Source of the DNA: Candidatus Marinacidobacterales bacterium
Lineage (GTDB): Bacteria; Acidobacteriota; Vicinamibacteria; Marinacidobacterales; DATDRI01
Assembly (NCBI GenBank): GCA_965219415.1
Contig: CBDCNP010000002.1
Coordinates: forward strand, 3,680,001-3,744,000
Length of the DNA stretch: 64,000 nt
Direction of reading: 5' to 3'
Position numbers and translations under genes: made by a program
The notes under the pieces: model-generated
The model's input: the letters and a program-made list of their open reading frames with translations, nothing else
Database searches by the model: none
Told to the model about the DNA's origin: nothing
In this document: in pieces, positions 20,212-30,520 of the stretch
Layout: each line of letters starts with the position of its first letter
How positions within the stretch are numbered: position 1 is the first letter of the stretch

Positions 20212-21522
20212 GTGAAAGCTGGCTCGGCGAGGATAGGATGTCTTCGTTGGAGGAGTCGCTTCTTGAAGAATCAAGCTTTGCTCGTGCTGCTTCTGACGCC
20301 AGTTTTCTCTTTCAACGGTCTCGCCGAAATCTACGACCTCGGTGGCATGTACACCTACCACTACCATGATGGTCGTTACGCCGACTGGGGGGATTTCGAG
20401 CTGCACGGGGCGCGCATTGCCATCCAGGAAATCAACGAATCCGGCATTCTTGGTGAAGATCGTATTCGCATGACGGACGAGAACACCATCGACTACCACT
20501 GCTGGCCGGAGAACGCGGCTCTCATGGCGGAGACGCTCATGAAGAAAGGCATTCTCGTTCTGACGGGCGCGGATTGTAGTGGCCCCGCCGTCGAAATTGC
20601 GAAAGTCGGTGCGAAGTACGAAATTCCCGTCATCTCGAACGGCGCCAACGCATCGATGCTCTCGTCGGCAGACGAGTTTCCTTACTTCGTACGCGTGGTA
20701 ACGCCGAGCGAGCGGTATGAAGGCTATCTTATCGATGCGGTGGCGCATTTCGGCGTCGAGGAGATTGCGTACTTCTACACGACCGACGCGTGGGGCCTGG
20801 GAGCCAGAAACGTCATCCACGAATATACGGAGCAAAGAGATATTAACATCGCTCAGGAATACGGCTATCCGCGCGACACAGCTTTCGAAGAAATCAGATC
20901 GTATATGGAGAAAGTCAAGCAGGCTGGGATCAAGCACATCGTCAACACCAGCCCCACACCAGACACGGTGACGATGTTTCGCGCACTACACGAGCTGGGG
21001 ATGAACGAGCCTGGCTATTCCTTTTATGCTGCCGAGATGATCTCAGCGGACGAGGCGCCTGAGGCCGTCCTTGGCAGCCTCGGCTATTTCGCTCCCATGG
21101 CCGAGCTGGTGCCTTCGCCAAAGTTTTCTCGATTCAAGAGCGCACTCGAAAAACGTCTCGGCAGGGCTGTCGACGCGTCCTCCAAAGCTTTTTTCTACGG
21201 AGCCTTGAGCTACGACCACATGCTGGCGGTGGGCTACGCTATCCGGGATATCAAAGACGCCGGCGAAGACGTGACCAGCCAGAACATGATGAAGTACTTG
21301 CGAAAAATGGATTTCGACGGCGCGACCGGACACGTCTCGCTCGTTCCCGGCACCAATGACCGAGCCAACATGCCCGTTCAGATATTCAACAGTCACGGCT
21401 ACAAGTCCGATGGCAAGACCGTCGACTTCGTTTCCGTGGGAAGCGTGGATCCGGCGACCGGTCGACTGACGATGGACGAAAGCGCCATTGTTTGGCCAGG
21501 CAACGTCACAACTCCGCCCTAA
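20212..21522 (+). CDS. Secreted type I periplasmic-binding / ANF-receptor (Venus flytrap) domain protein
   Basis: AAGGAG + GTG, hydrophobic leader, AIQEIN, GADCSG, IPVIS, LSSADEFPYFVR, YDHM, FDGATG, IVWPG. Confidence 0.85.
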   Translation: MKAGSARIGCLRWRSRFLKNQALLVLLLTPVFSFNGLAEIYDLGGMYTYHYHDGRYADWGDFELHGARIAIQEINESGILGEDRIRMTDENTIDYHCWPENAALMAETLMKKGILVLTGADCSGPAVEIAKVGAKYEIPVISNGANASMLSSADEFPYFVRVVTPSERYEGYLIDAVAHFGVEEIAYFYTTDAWGLGARNVIHEYTEQRDINIAQEYGYPRDTAFEEIRSYMEKVKQAGIKHIVNTSPTPDTVTMFRALHELGMNEPGYSFYAAEMISADEAPEAVLGSLGYFAPMAELVPSPKFSRFKSALEKRLGRAVDASSKAFFYGALSYDHMLAVGYAIRDIKDAGEDVTSQNMMKYLRKMDFDGATGHVSLVPGTNDRANMPVQIFNSHGYKSDGKTVDFVSVGSVDPATGRLTMDESAIVWPGNVTTPP

Positions 21523-21685
21523 CAATAGTCGCGTCGTCGCCCAAGCTTCAGAAAAGAAGCGCCGAGACGTAGAGCGAAGCCGTTGCACAGAAAGCGTGCG
21601 GTGCATACAATCCCCGATGGAAATCGGTAAAAACCCCTATCCTTTAATTGAGAGTGCGAAGCAATCAAGACGTTGGAGCTACGTG

Positions 21686-23302
21686 ATGCTTGAATCCATC
21701 GCCGGCAGCCCGCAAACGCCGGAATACGATGTGTTGATCCGAGGTGGCACCCTCATCGACGGCACGGGTCAACCCGGGGTCATCGGCGATCTCGCCATCA
21801 AGGGAGACCGAATCATCGCAATCGGTGACGTCGACGGAGAGGGCGCGCTGACGATTGACGCCGGCGGGTTGATCGTCGCTCCCGGCTTTACCGATTCGCA
21901 CTGCCATTCCGAGTCGGGACGCATCAAGCACGGCGGACACGGGCCGTCGTTTGCTTACCAGGGTTTCACCACCGAGGTGTACGGGGAGACGACGTCTATG
22001 GGCCCGCTGGGCGGCAAGATGGAGATGGCGTTGCTGGACATCATGATGCCGGAAGGCCTCGAGACCGAGTGGACGACGTTCGGAGGATTCCTCGACTTCA
22101 TGGAAGACCAAGGTATCTCCATCAACGTAGTTTCCTACGTCGGCTCGGGGGGCGTGCGCGCCTACGCCATGGGTTACGACGACCGAGCTCCCAGCGAAGA
22201 GGAGCTGGCGGAGATGAAGGCACTCATAAGGCAGGCGATGGAGGAAGGCGCCTTTGGTGTGTCCAGTGGTATGAGCTACGTCCCCAACATTTATATGTCC
22301 ACTGACGAGCTCGTGGAGCTTGTCGGCGAGGCTGCGCCCTATGGGGGCATTTACGCGAACCACTGTCGCGCGATGAACGGCACCGATCCGAATGCCATCC
22401 GGGAGGCCATCGAGATCGGAGAAAGAGCGGGTACGCCGGTTCATTTTTTTCATCTCAACTCGACGGCTTCCACACGCGCAGATGAGTACCTGGCCATCAT
22501 CGATGAGGCACGGGAGCGCGGGCTCGACGTCACCGGAGATAGCTATACCTACACGTGGGGAATCACACCCCTTTTCTCATACATCCCGGCCTGGGCCCAG
22601 GAGGATGGCCGGGAAGCCATGCTGGCGCGGCTCCGCGACCCAGAGCATCGGAAACGGATCGCTGCGGGATTCGTTGACGAGCCTCCCTACCTTGCCAACA
22701 TCGGCTGGCACCATATTCGCCTCGGGGTTCGTGATCCCGAAATCAATGGAAAGCTGGTCTCGGAAGTGGCCGAGATGCGGAAGCAGCCGCCGGAAGAAGT
22801 TTTCATGGATGTCGCGCTGGAGCAAAACGGCGAGGGGATGGTCATTGATTGGAACAACGAGGAAGAGACGCTACGCCAGGTGCTCGTCCAATCTTACGTG
22901 AGCGGAGGCACGGACGGGGGAGCCCTCGATCTGGAATGGGACGATCTCGATCCGCTGGTGCATCCCCGGCACATGGGCACGGTGCCCCGCTGGCTGGGAA
23001 CTTATGTGCGGGAGGAGAAGCTGATGACGTGGGAAGAAGCGATACGAAAGCTCGCCGCGCTTCCCGCCGAGATTCTTGGGATCGAGGACCGAGGCCTTCT
23101 AAAAGAGGGGAACTTCGCCGACGTCGTGGTCTTCGACCCGGAGACGATCGCCGACAAGGCCACGTTCGAGGATCCGTTTCACTATTCCGTTGGCATGCTC
23201 CATGTGTTCGTCAATGGTGAGGCGATCGTTAAAGATGGCCAATACACAGCAGCGTTGCCCGGACGGGCCTTGCGCGGCCCGGGCTACAAGAAGACGAGCT
23301 GA
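21686..23302 (+). CDS. N-acyl-D-amino-acid deacylase family amidohydrolase
   Basis: YDVLIRGGTLIDGTG, APGFTDSHCH, HPRHMGTVPR, ADVVVFDP, PGRALRG. Confidence 0.9.
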   Translation: MLESIAGSPQTPEYDVLIRGGTLIDGTGQPGVIGDLAIKGDRIIAIGDVDGEGALTIDAGGLIVAPGFTDSHCHSESGRIKHGGHGPSFAYQGFTTEVYGETTSMGPLGGKMEMALLDIMMPEGLETEWTTFGGFLDFMEDQGISINVVSYVGSGGVRAYAMGYDDRAPSEEELAEMKALIRQAMEEGAFGVSSGMSYVPNIYMSTDELVELVGEAAPYGGIYANHCRAMNGTDPNAIREAIEIGERAGTPVHFFHLNSTASTRADEYLAIIDEARERGLDVTGDSYTYTWGITPLFSYIPAWAQEDGREAMLARLRDPEHRKRIAAGFVDEPPYLANIGWHHIRLGVRDPEINGKLVSEVAEMRKQPPEEVFMDVALEQNGEGMVIDWNNEEETLRQVLVQSYVSGGTDGGALDLEWDDLDPLVHPRHMGTVPRWLGTYVREEKLMTWEEAIRKLAALPAEILGIEDRGLLKEGNFADVVVFDPETIADKATFEDPFHYSVGMLHVFVNGEAIVKDGQYTAALPGRALRGPGYKKTS

Positions 23303-23334
23303 GCCATAGTTCTGATAGAAGAGGGAGAAGACCG

Positions 23335-25261
23335 ATGAGAGAAAGAGTAAGACCCTTGATGCTGGTGGTGCTGTTTCTCCTTTTGTGCACGGCGGGCACG
23401 GCGCTGGGGGCGGCCGAGCTGACTCCCGAGCAGGCCATCCAGGTGCGTCGTGTGTCGGATCTGCAGTTGTCGCCTGATGGCAGCCGGGTGGCCTTCGTGG
23501 TGACCGAGCCGCCAGTGGGGGACCGGGAGAACCGGGACATTTACGTATTAGAGGTGGCAGCCAATCAGGTGCGGCGCTTCACCACCTCGCCGAAGCCGGA
23601 CCGTTCGCCGCGGTGGTCGCCGGACGGGAAGACGCTGGCGTTTCTCTCCAACCGCGAGGAGACGACGCAGATTCATCTTTTGCCTTTGTCGGGGGGCGAG
23701 GCGCGGGCATTGACGACGGGCAAGAGCGGGGTGGAGAACTTCGAGTGGTCGCCGGACGGGAAGAAGATTACTTTTATCGCTCCCGAGGCGAAGACCGAGG
23801 AGGAGGAGAAGCGGGAGAAGGAGAAGGACGATGCCTACGTGGTCGAGCGGTCGGAGAAGCGACCGCAGCTTGGGGTGATCGAGGTCGAGACGGGGGCGGT
23901 TAAGCAGTTGACGCGCGGGAGGTGGGCTGTTGGGAGTCCGGCGTGGCTGCCGGGAAACCGGTTGTTGGTGATCGCGACGGATCATCCCCACTGGGATTTG
24001 GAGACGGAGAAGCTCTATTCGATTTTGGCCGACGGCGGGCAGATGACGGTGATGGCCAGTCCGCGCCACTCTTTTAGGCGTTTGCAGGTTTCCCCCGACG
24101 GGCAAAGCGTCGCCTATATAGGGGCGCGCAACGATGGGTTCGATGCTCATGATCTTCACCTCCAGCCTCTTTCTGGTGGGCCCGCCCGGAATCTGACCGG
24201 TGCTTCGATCGATCGGCCCATCAGTGCGTTCCAGTGGCGCAAGGACGGGAGTCTTCTGGTGTTGGCGCAGACGGGGTTTTCGACGACCTTCTATAGCGTT
24301 AGCAAAGAAGGGCGGGCGCGCAAGGGGGAAACGCTTGAGGTGCAACCGGGCAGTTTTGTGGAGGGGGCTGATTTCCTGGCCTTTGCGGGGGAGACGGCCA
24401 CCCGGCTGCCTGAGTTGTGGCTCTCGCGGCGCGGGGATCCGGCGGAGAAGGTGACCTCCTTCAACAAGGAGTGGGACGCCATTACGTTGGTGAAGCCGGA
24501 GATCATCCGGTATCCCAGTTTTGATGGGACACAGATCGAGGCGGCGCTCTACAAGCCTGCGGGGTACCGGGAAGGCACCCGCGTGCCTCTGGTGGTGCTG
24601 GTTCATGGCGGCCCCACACATCCCGTTTCTACGACTGGGCGCAGCTCCTGGCGGGACGAGGCTTTGCGGTGATCACCCCCAACATTAGGGGTTCAACCGG
24701 TTATGGTCACGAATTCGTTCTCTTGAACCGCTTTGAGTGGGGCGGGGGCGACTACAAGGATGTCATGGCCGGGGTTGATTACCTGATTGAGACAGGGATT
24801 GCCGATGCGGAGCGTCTGGGAGTTGGTGGTTGGTCTTACGGAGGCTTCATGGGGGCCTGGGCGGTGACGCGCAGACTGACCGCTTCAAGGCCAGCGTCTC
24901 CGGCGCGCCGATGACCGACCTGGCCAGCGAATTCGGCACCGAGGACTCTGGGACCAATCCGCTTGACACGTGGAACCTCGGCACCCCCTATGAAAATCTG
25001 GATCTCTTTGTCCAATTCTCCCCCGTGACCTTTGTTAAAAACGCTAAGACTCCTACGTTGCTCCTGTGTTGTGAGAAGGATACCATCGACCCGATTGGCC
25101 AGTGCCAGCAGTTTTATCGAGGGTTGAAGCGCTACGGTGTGGAAACCGAGTTTGTGGTGTACCCGCGCGAGCCCCACGGACCTCGGGAGGAGAAGCACCG
25201 AATCGATGTGCTGAAGCGGATGCTCCACTGGTTTGAAAAGATCCAGGGCTCGCCCAGTTAG
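23335..25261 (+). pseudogene. S9 family acylaminoacyl/prolyl oligopeptidase with two frameshifts (~24620, ~24870)
   Basis: Signal peptide, WSPDG repeats, VHGGP, GWSYGG, EKD, EPHG triad spread over three consecutive ORFs. Confidence 0.85.
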
Positions 25262-25271
25262 GTCACTTCCG

Positions 25272-26984
25272 ATGAAACTCGCCTGCTCCGCCGGCCGCCA
25301 AGCGCTCGTGCTCGTCGCGCTGAGTATCCTGTGGCCTGCGTGCCGTGGCGCCGACCCCGGCGCGTTGGCGCCCGCTGAGCTCCTATTCCGCAACGGCGCC
25401 GTCTACACCGTGAACCCCGCCGAGCCCTGGGCTCAGGCGGTGGCGATCTCGAGCGGCCGTATCGTCGCGGTCGGCTCGGAGGAGGACGTGGCGAGTTGGG
25501 TGGGCTCCGACACGCGGGTGGTCGATCTCGAGGGCAGGATGTTGCTCCCCAGTTTCGGCGACTCTCACGTCCACCCGCTGAACGATCGCGAATGCGACGT
25601 GAGCGACATCTTCACGCAAGAGGAGCTGTTCTCGGCGATTCGGGATTGCGCGGCCGAGGGAGGGTCCGAAGATTGGATTCGAGGTGGGGGATGGGCGCTC
25701 TTTTTGTTCCCCGACGCCAATCCCCACAAGTCGCTACTGGATGAGCTCGCCCCCGGACGGCCCGTCATTCTGACGTCGGCCCACGGACACTCCACCTGGG
25801 TCAGCTCCCGCGCCCTCGAGATCGCCGGTATCACCGGCGAGACGCCCGATCCGCCCGACGGGCGTATCGAGCGCGATCCCGCCTCGGGCGAGCCGACCGG
25901 CACTTTGCACGAAACTGCGAGCCGATTGGTCTACGAGCATCTGCCAGAGCTTACCCGCGAGCAGCAGGTCGAGGCGCTCCGGCGTGGGCTCTCGATGGCC
26001 AACGCCTTCGGCATCACGTCGTTTCAGGATGCAAGCGCCAGCCGCCGATCCCTCGAAGCCTACGCCGCGCTCGATGCCGCCCGGGAGCTCACCGCGAGGG
26101 TCGTCACATCACTACGCATCGACCTGGACAAAGGGCTCGAGGAGCTACCTCGCGTGAAGGCCTTACGGGACGAGTTTCACGGTGCACGGTTCAAAGCGAC
26201 GAGCGTGAAGCTCGGTCTCGACGGCGTGCTCTACAACCACACCGCGGCGCTACTCGAACCCTACGTCGACCGTCCCGGGGAACGTTGGCACCCCAATATC
26301 GAGCCCGATCCACTGAACGCGCTCGTTGCCACCTTGGACGCGGAGGAGTTTCAAGTCCACGCGCACGCCGTGGGCGATGCGGCCGTTCGCATCGCCCTCG
26401 AGAGTTTCGAGCATGCTCGGAATCTCAACGGCCCACGCGACTCGCGACACCACATCGCCCATATCGACCTCGCCCACCCCGATGATTTCTCCCGGTTCTC
26501 CGCGCTAGAGGTGATCGCGAACTTCCAGCCACTTTGGGCCCAGAGGGACGAGATGATCGTCGACCTCGTCGAGCCTCGAATTGGAATTGAGCGCACTCGT
26601 TGGGTGTTTCCCATCGGTAGCATCCTCGAGTCCGGAGGCCGGATCGCGTTCGGAAGTGACTGGACCGTCTCCTCAATGAACCCTCTCGAAGGCCTGCAGG
26701 TCGCTGTCACCCGCCGCGGCCTGACCGCCGGTCCAGGTGAAGCTTGGTACGAAGAAGAGCTCGTCGACTTGGAGACGGCGATCGCGGCATACACCATCGA
26801 CGTCGCCTACTTGAACTTCCAGGAAGGACAGTCCGGATCGATCGAGGTGGGGAAGCTCGCGGATCTGATCGTTCTCGATCGCAACTTGTTCGAGATACCA
26901 CGGCACGAGATCCACGAGGCAAAAGTGTTGCTGACGCTCCTGGAGGGTGACGTGGTCTACCACGATGCGAGTTGGAGTTGGTAA
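25272..26984 (+). CDS. Amidohydrolase 3 (YtcJ-like), possible lipoprotein
   Basis: DSHVH, KLGLDG, HAVGD, HIAH, FGSDW, GKLADLIVLD. Confidence 0.92.
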   Translation: MKLACSAGRQALVLVALSILWPACRGADPGALAPAELLFRNGAVYTVNPAEPWAQAVAISSGRIVAVGSEEDVASWVGSDTRVVDLEGRMLLPSFGDSHVHPLNDRECDVSDIFTQEELFSAIRDCAAEGGSEDWIRGGGWALFLFPDANPHKSLLDELAPGRPVILTSAHGHSTWVSSRALEIAGITGETPDPPDGRIERDPASGEPTGTLHETASRLVYEHLPELTREQQVEALRRGLSMANAFGITSFQDASASRRSLEAYAALDAARELTARVVTSLRIDLDKGLEELPRVKALRDEFHGARFKATSVKLGLDGVLYNHTAALLEPYVDRPGERWHPNIEPDPLNALVATLDAEEFQVHAHAVGDAAVRIALESFEHARNLNGPRDSRHHIAHIDLAHPDDFSRFSALEVIANFQPLWAQRDEMIVDLVEPRIGIERTRWVFPIGSILESGGRIAFGSDWTVSSMNPLEGLQVAVTRRGLTAGPGEAWYEEELVDLETAIAAYTIDVAYLNFQEGQSGSIEVGKLADLIVLDRNLFEIPRHEIHEAKVLLTLLEGDVVYHDASWSW

Positions 26985-27059
26985 AAAAACAATTGGCGAT
27001 TGCTCAGCAGGTCCGGTAGGAATCGCCTGTCACCGATTCGTAGCGTTTTAATCCCAGAT

Positions 27060-28166
27060 TCATCCCGTTGCCCTCGCGGTGTCCCGGCCGCCCGTGATCT
27101 TCCAGACCCCAACCGTCACGATGGGAAGCGCATAGATCAACAGGAAAAAGAACGTCATGGTCCCATAGCCGCGCGCGATGAGATCTATCAGGCCGAACTG
27201 AGCAAGCAGTGCGCCGACAATCAACAGCCCAATGGCTATCGCAGGACGCAGGTACGTCGGCATGGTGTGGTTCCGTTCTGCATAGACTCCCGCGATTCGC
27301 TCGTTGACTCCGTGGATCATGCAGGTGCCGGTTTCGATCAGCGTGCCGAACAGGACGATCTGGAAGATTAGCTGAAACGCTCGGGACCCGAGGATACCGA
27401 GGAGGTAGTTGGCAGGCACGGGCCGTTCCAGAATCTCGGGGTACTGGCTCACCATGCAGAAGTAGAAGAGAATCGCCGGAATGATGACGATGGGACCGGC
27501 CAGGCCACCCGCGATGACCGCGTCACGCTTGGTCTGACCGTGGCGCATGACGAATAGAATTGGGGGGACGGACGAAAGGTTATACCCTGCGTACCGTATG
27601 CCATCCCCTATCCAGCCCAGGCCGATACCACCCGTGCTGAGGTTGGTGGCGATCTGCCCCCCGAACCGGGCGACGCACCACACGAAGAAGACTATGTACA
27701 CCCCGTACAGGACGAACGACCATTGCGCCAGGAACCGCTCGATGATTGCCGTGCCCCGAAAAGTCAGAAAGCCGACCGCCGCCATGATGCCGATGACCCC
27801 GACGGCGTAGGGCAGCGAGAAGATCTCCCGCAGAATCGCCCCCGCGGCGGCGGCGATGACCGCAAGGATCAGGAGAAGCATGGCGAAGTAGATGATCTCG
27901 TACAGGAACCATCCCCGGCCTAGCAGGTGCTTGAAGAGAGTGCGATAGTCGTAGCACTGGAACGTCTGGGCGAACGCGAAGGTGGCCGCGCACACCGCGC
28001 TGAACGCCAGCATCGACACGACCATCGCCAGGAGCCCCGGGAGGGGCCCGCCGCTGAGAAAGAACTCCACCAGCTCGCGGCCGGTGCCGTAGCCGCCCGC
28101 AATCACGACAGATTGAAAGACAAAGCCAGGCAACAGGTACTTCTGAAAGAAGGGAGACTTGACCAC
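27060..28166 (-). CDS. YkvI-like membrane protein (putative amino-acid transporter)
   Basis: IAGGYGTGRELVEFF, about 10 hydrophobic segments, LIETG. Confidence 0.82.
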   Translation of the reverse strand: MVKSPFFQKYLLPGFVFQSVVIAGGYGTGRELVEFFLSGGPLPGLLAMVVSMLAFSAVCAATFAFAQTFQCYDYRTLFKHLLGRGWFLYEIIYFAMLLLILAVIAAAAGAILREIFSLPYAVGVIGIMAAVGFLTFRGTAIIERFLAQWSFVLYGVYIVFFVWCVARFGGQIATNLSTGGIGLGWIGDGIRYAGYNLSSVPPILFVMRHGQTKRDAVIAGGLAGPIVIIPAILFYFCMVSQYPEILERPVPANYLLGILGSRAFQLIFQIVLFGTLIETGTCMIHGVNERIAGVYAERNHTMPTYLRPAIAIGLLIVGALLAQFGLIDLIARGYGTMTFFFLLIYALPIVTVGVWKITGGRDTARATG

Positions 28167-28357
28167 GGTCGGACTCCTCGAAGTTTGAGTGCGAGTGCGG
28201 CCCTACACGCGTTGCGGCCCTACCACCGCCCGAGCGCAGCCCGGAACTAATGGACTCGATGCGCTGTTAGGTTTCAAAGCGCCGACAGCACATGGGATTT
28301 GCCACAGGAAACTCATCCGCAAAGAATGGAAATGGAGTGGTAGAAAAGTAAGCTTAT

Positions 28358-30058
28358 CTATGTTTTGTTAAACAACAGCAATTCTCCAGCTAGAGAATCA
28401 TTATATTTGCCATTTTCGATACTTATATTTCCATTGATCATTACATATTCTATTCCAGTACTGTACTGGTGCGGCTCTGCGTAGGTGGCGTTATCTCTGA
28501 CGGTTTCAGGATCGAATATAACTATATCAGCTTTGTATCCCCTCGCCAGTTGTCCTCTTTCCTTCATCTGAAGCAAAGAGGCGGGGAGTGAAGTCATCCT
28601 TCTTACGGCATCTTCCATGCTCATTACCCCTTCTTCCCGAACGTACTTTCTGAACACACGGGGGAAGGTTCCATAATTACGAGGGTGAACCGAGTTTTGG
28701 GGATCATAAGCCAGTGCCCCTCCGTCACTGGAAAACATCAGCCAGTCATACTGCATGGCATATTTCATATCGTCTTCCGACAGGGCTCCACCGGAAAGGA
28801 TCACATCATCTCTTTCCTCTATGAATAGGTCTACAACTATGTCAAAAGGATCCCTCTTTTGCTCTTCGGCGAGATCGGACATGACCCTTCCTATCAGATG
28901 AGTGTTTTTCTTTGCATGTACAATTGCATAGGAATCCCAGCCCCATGTGGCGACACCACTTGGTCTGTTGGGCCATCCCACAACGGTCGCCTCCTTGATC
29001 TGATCCCGCTTTGCTCGATCGGAAAGGGCTTCTTCAAGCTCTTCCATATACTGTTCCTTGAACTTTTCCCTTTCTCCATTCGGTAAATTCCGATCCCTCA
29101 TCTTTATTTTGAGTTCTGCCAGGGGTTCCATGTCCTCTGGAAAATTAAACCACCTTGTGAGGGAGCTCGTTGCAGCCATGTTATAGGGATACATATCGGC
29201 TACTACGTAAATTCCCTCTGCCCGAGCATCATTAATCAGTTTCGCAGCAACTTCCATCAATCCCCAATAATTCTTCCCACATAATTTGAGATGGGATATA
29301 TTGACCCGCACTCCTGATTCTTTCCCGACTTGGAAGTTTTCTTTCAAGGCTTCACGTACGTATTCTCGTTCACTGCGCTTATGAGTGCTGTAAATTCCAC
29401 CAAATTCACTAACAACCTTCGCTAAGGCAATAATTTCTTCGACATTAGCGTAGAGACCGGGGACATATTCTAAACCTGTGCTCACTCCCCAGGCACCTTC
29501 CTCCATTGCCTGGCGAAGAATGGCCTGCATTTTTTCAATCTCTTCATCTGTCGCCTCTCGTGGCTCCATCCCCATGACAGCTTTTCGGATCGTGCCATGG
29601 CCAACCTGAAAAACAGCGTTTGTTCCGATGCCTTGCTTCTCCCATTTTGACTTCGTCACTGCAACTTCTAATGATACCGATCCACCGCAGTTCCCTGTCA
29701 CAACCGTTGTCACACCCTGGGTTATATAGTTGAGATTGGCCTTGCTCTCAGGATGGCCCAATCCCCCGCCGAATCCCCCATCGCAGTGAGTATGCATGTC
29801 AATAAATCCGGGAGAAACAGCCAGTCCCTGAGCATCGATGGTCTTGTCAGCAGCTCTTCCACTGAGCTCCCCGATCTCGACAATGGTATCGCCTATGATT
29901 CCGATATCGCCAGAAAACCCGGGGCTTCCTGTGCCGTCGACGATATTCCCATTGGTTATGAGAATATCAAGTTTTTCTGCCTCGTTTTTAGCGCAAACAA
30001 CACATGAAAACACAATGACTATGGATGTGGTAAGGTTTGTTAAGCAACGTTTGAACAT
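28358..30058 (-). CDS. N-acyl-D-amino-acid deacylase, secreted
   Basis: Signal peptide, SPGFIDMHTH, GNCG, HPRNYGTFPR; visibly lower GC than the flanks. Confidence 0.92.
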   Translation of the reverse strand: MFKRCLTNLTTSIVIVFSCVVCAKNEAEKLDILITNGNIVDGTGSPGFSGDIGIIGDTIVEIGELSGRAADKTIDAQGLAVSPGFIDMHTHCDGGFGGGLGHPESKANLNYITQGVTTVVTGNCGGSVSLEVAVTKSKWEKQGIGTNAVFQVGHGTIRKAVMGMEPREATDEEIEKMQAILRQAMEEGAWGVSTGLEYVPGLYANVEEIIALAKVVSEFGGIYSTHKRSEREYVREALKENFQVGKESGVRVNISHLKLCGKNYWGLMEVAAKLINDARAEGIYVVADMYPYNMAATSSLTRWFNFPEDMEPLAELKIKMRDRNLPNGEREKFKEQYMEELEEALSDRAKRDQIKEATVVGWPNRPSGVATWGWDSYAIVHAKKNTHLIGRVMSDLAEEQKRDPFDIVVDLFIEERDDVILSGGALSEDDMKYAMQYDWLMFSSDGGALAYDPQNSVHPRNYGTFPRVFRKYVREEGVMSMEDAVRRMTSLPASLLQMKERGQLARGYKADIVIFDPETVRDNATYAEPHQYSTGIEYVMINGNISIENGKYNDSLAGELLLFNKT

Positions 30059-30177
30059 CCCCTACCTCCTTTCTACGATTTTTCATCATCATGGTATTTG
30101 TGCAACTATCAATAGTCAACTTACCCTCCGCAGCAGGGCGATCCCGACGCGTTCAACCAATGGCTCACCGACAAGAT

Positions 30178-30270
30178 TCAAATGGGCTCGGACACGGATC
30201 GACCGCAGGCGAGGCCGAGGAGTACGGTTGCAATCAACGAGAATCTGGGACGGCTCCAAGAGCCTCTCAT
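30178..30270 (-). pseudogene. Isolated lipoprotein signal-peptide remnant
   Basis: AGAGGGGG RBS, MRGSWSRPRFSLIATVLLGLAC lipobox, stop 8 codons later. Confidence 0.4.
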
Positions 30271-30520
30271 GTTTCCCCCTCTTAACGGGACATGTAGCTA
30301 AGGTGAGAACGCAACAGTGAACTGTTCGGCTGTGGAACACTTCCCTTGATCCAGCTTCTCGACGATGCTAGTAAAGTCAAGAGCTGACGACAACCTCCGC
30401 TGTCACCGTGTTTTTGAAGGCGACCTCCATGGTGATGGGTGTTTTAACCATGGTAGGGTTTGAAGTCTCCGATTCGAGCGAGGGCTCGATGGGCCAAAAG
30501 CATGAAAAGGAGAGAAAAAA

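Noticed and set aside
23548-24621. Long antisense or alternative-frame ORFs (also 32086-33324, 34749-35756, 36314-37294, 47482-48468, 54644-55498)
   Set aside because: They overlap well-supported genes, lack motifs, and are the expected shadows of GC-rich codon usage
21515-28275. Integron attC sites (CCCTAAC at the flytrap-gene stop, GTTAGGT ~28266, also GTTAGGC ~62724)
   Set aside because: No paired R''/R' boxes with an internal palindrome, no integrase, and genes are not in a uniform cassette array
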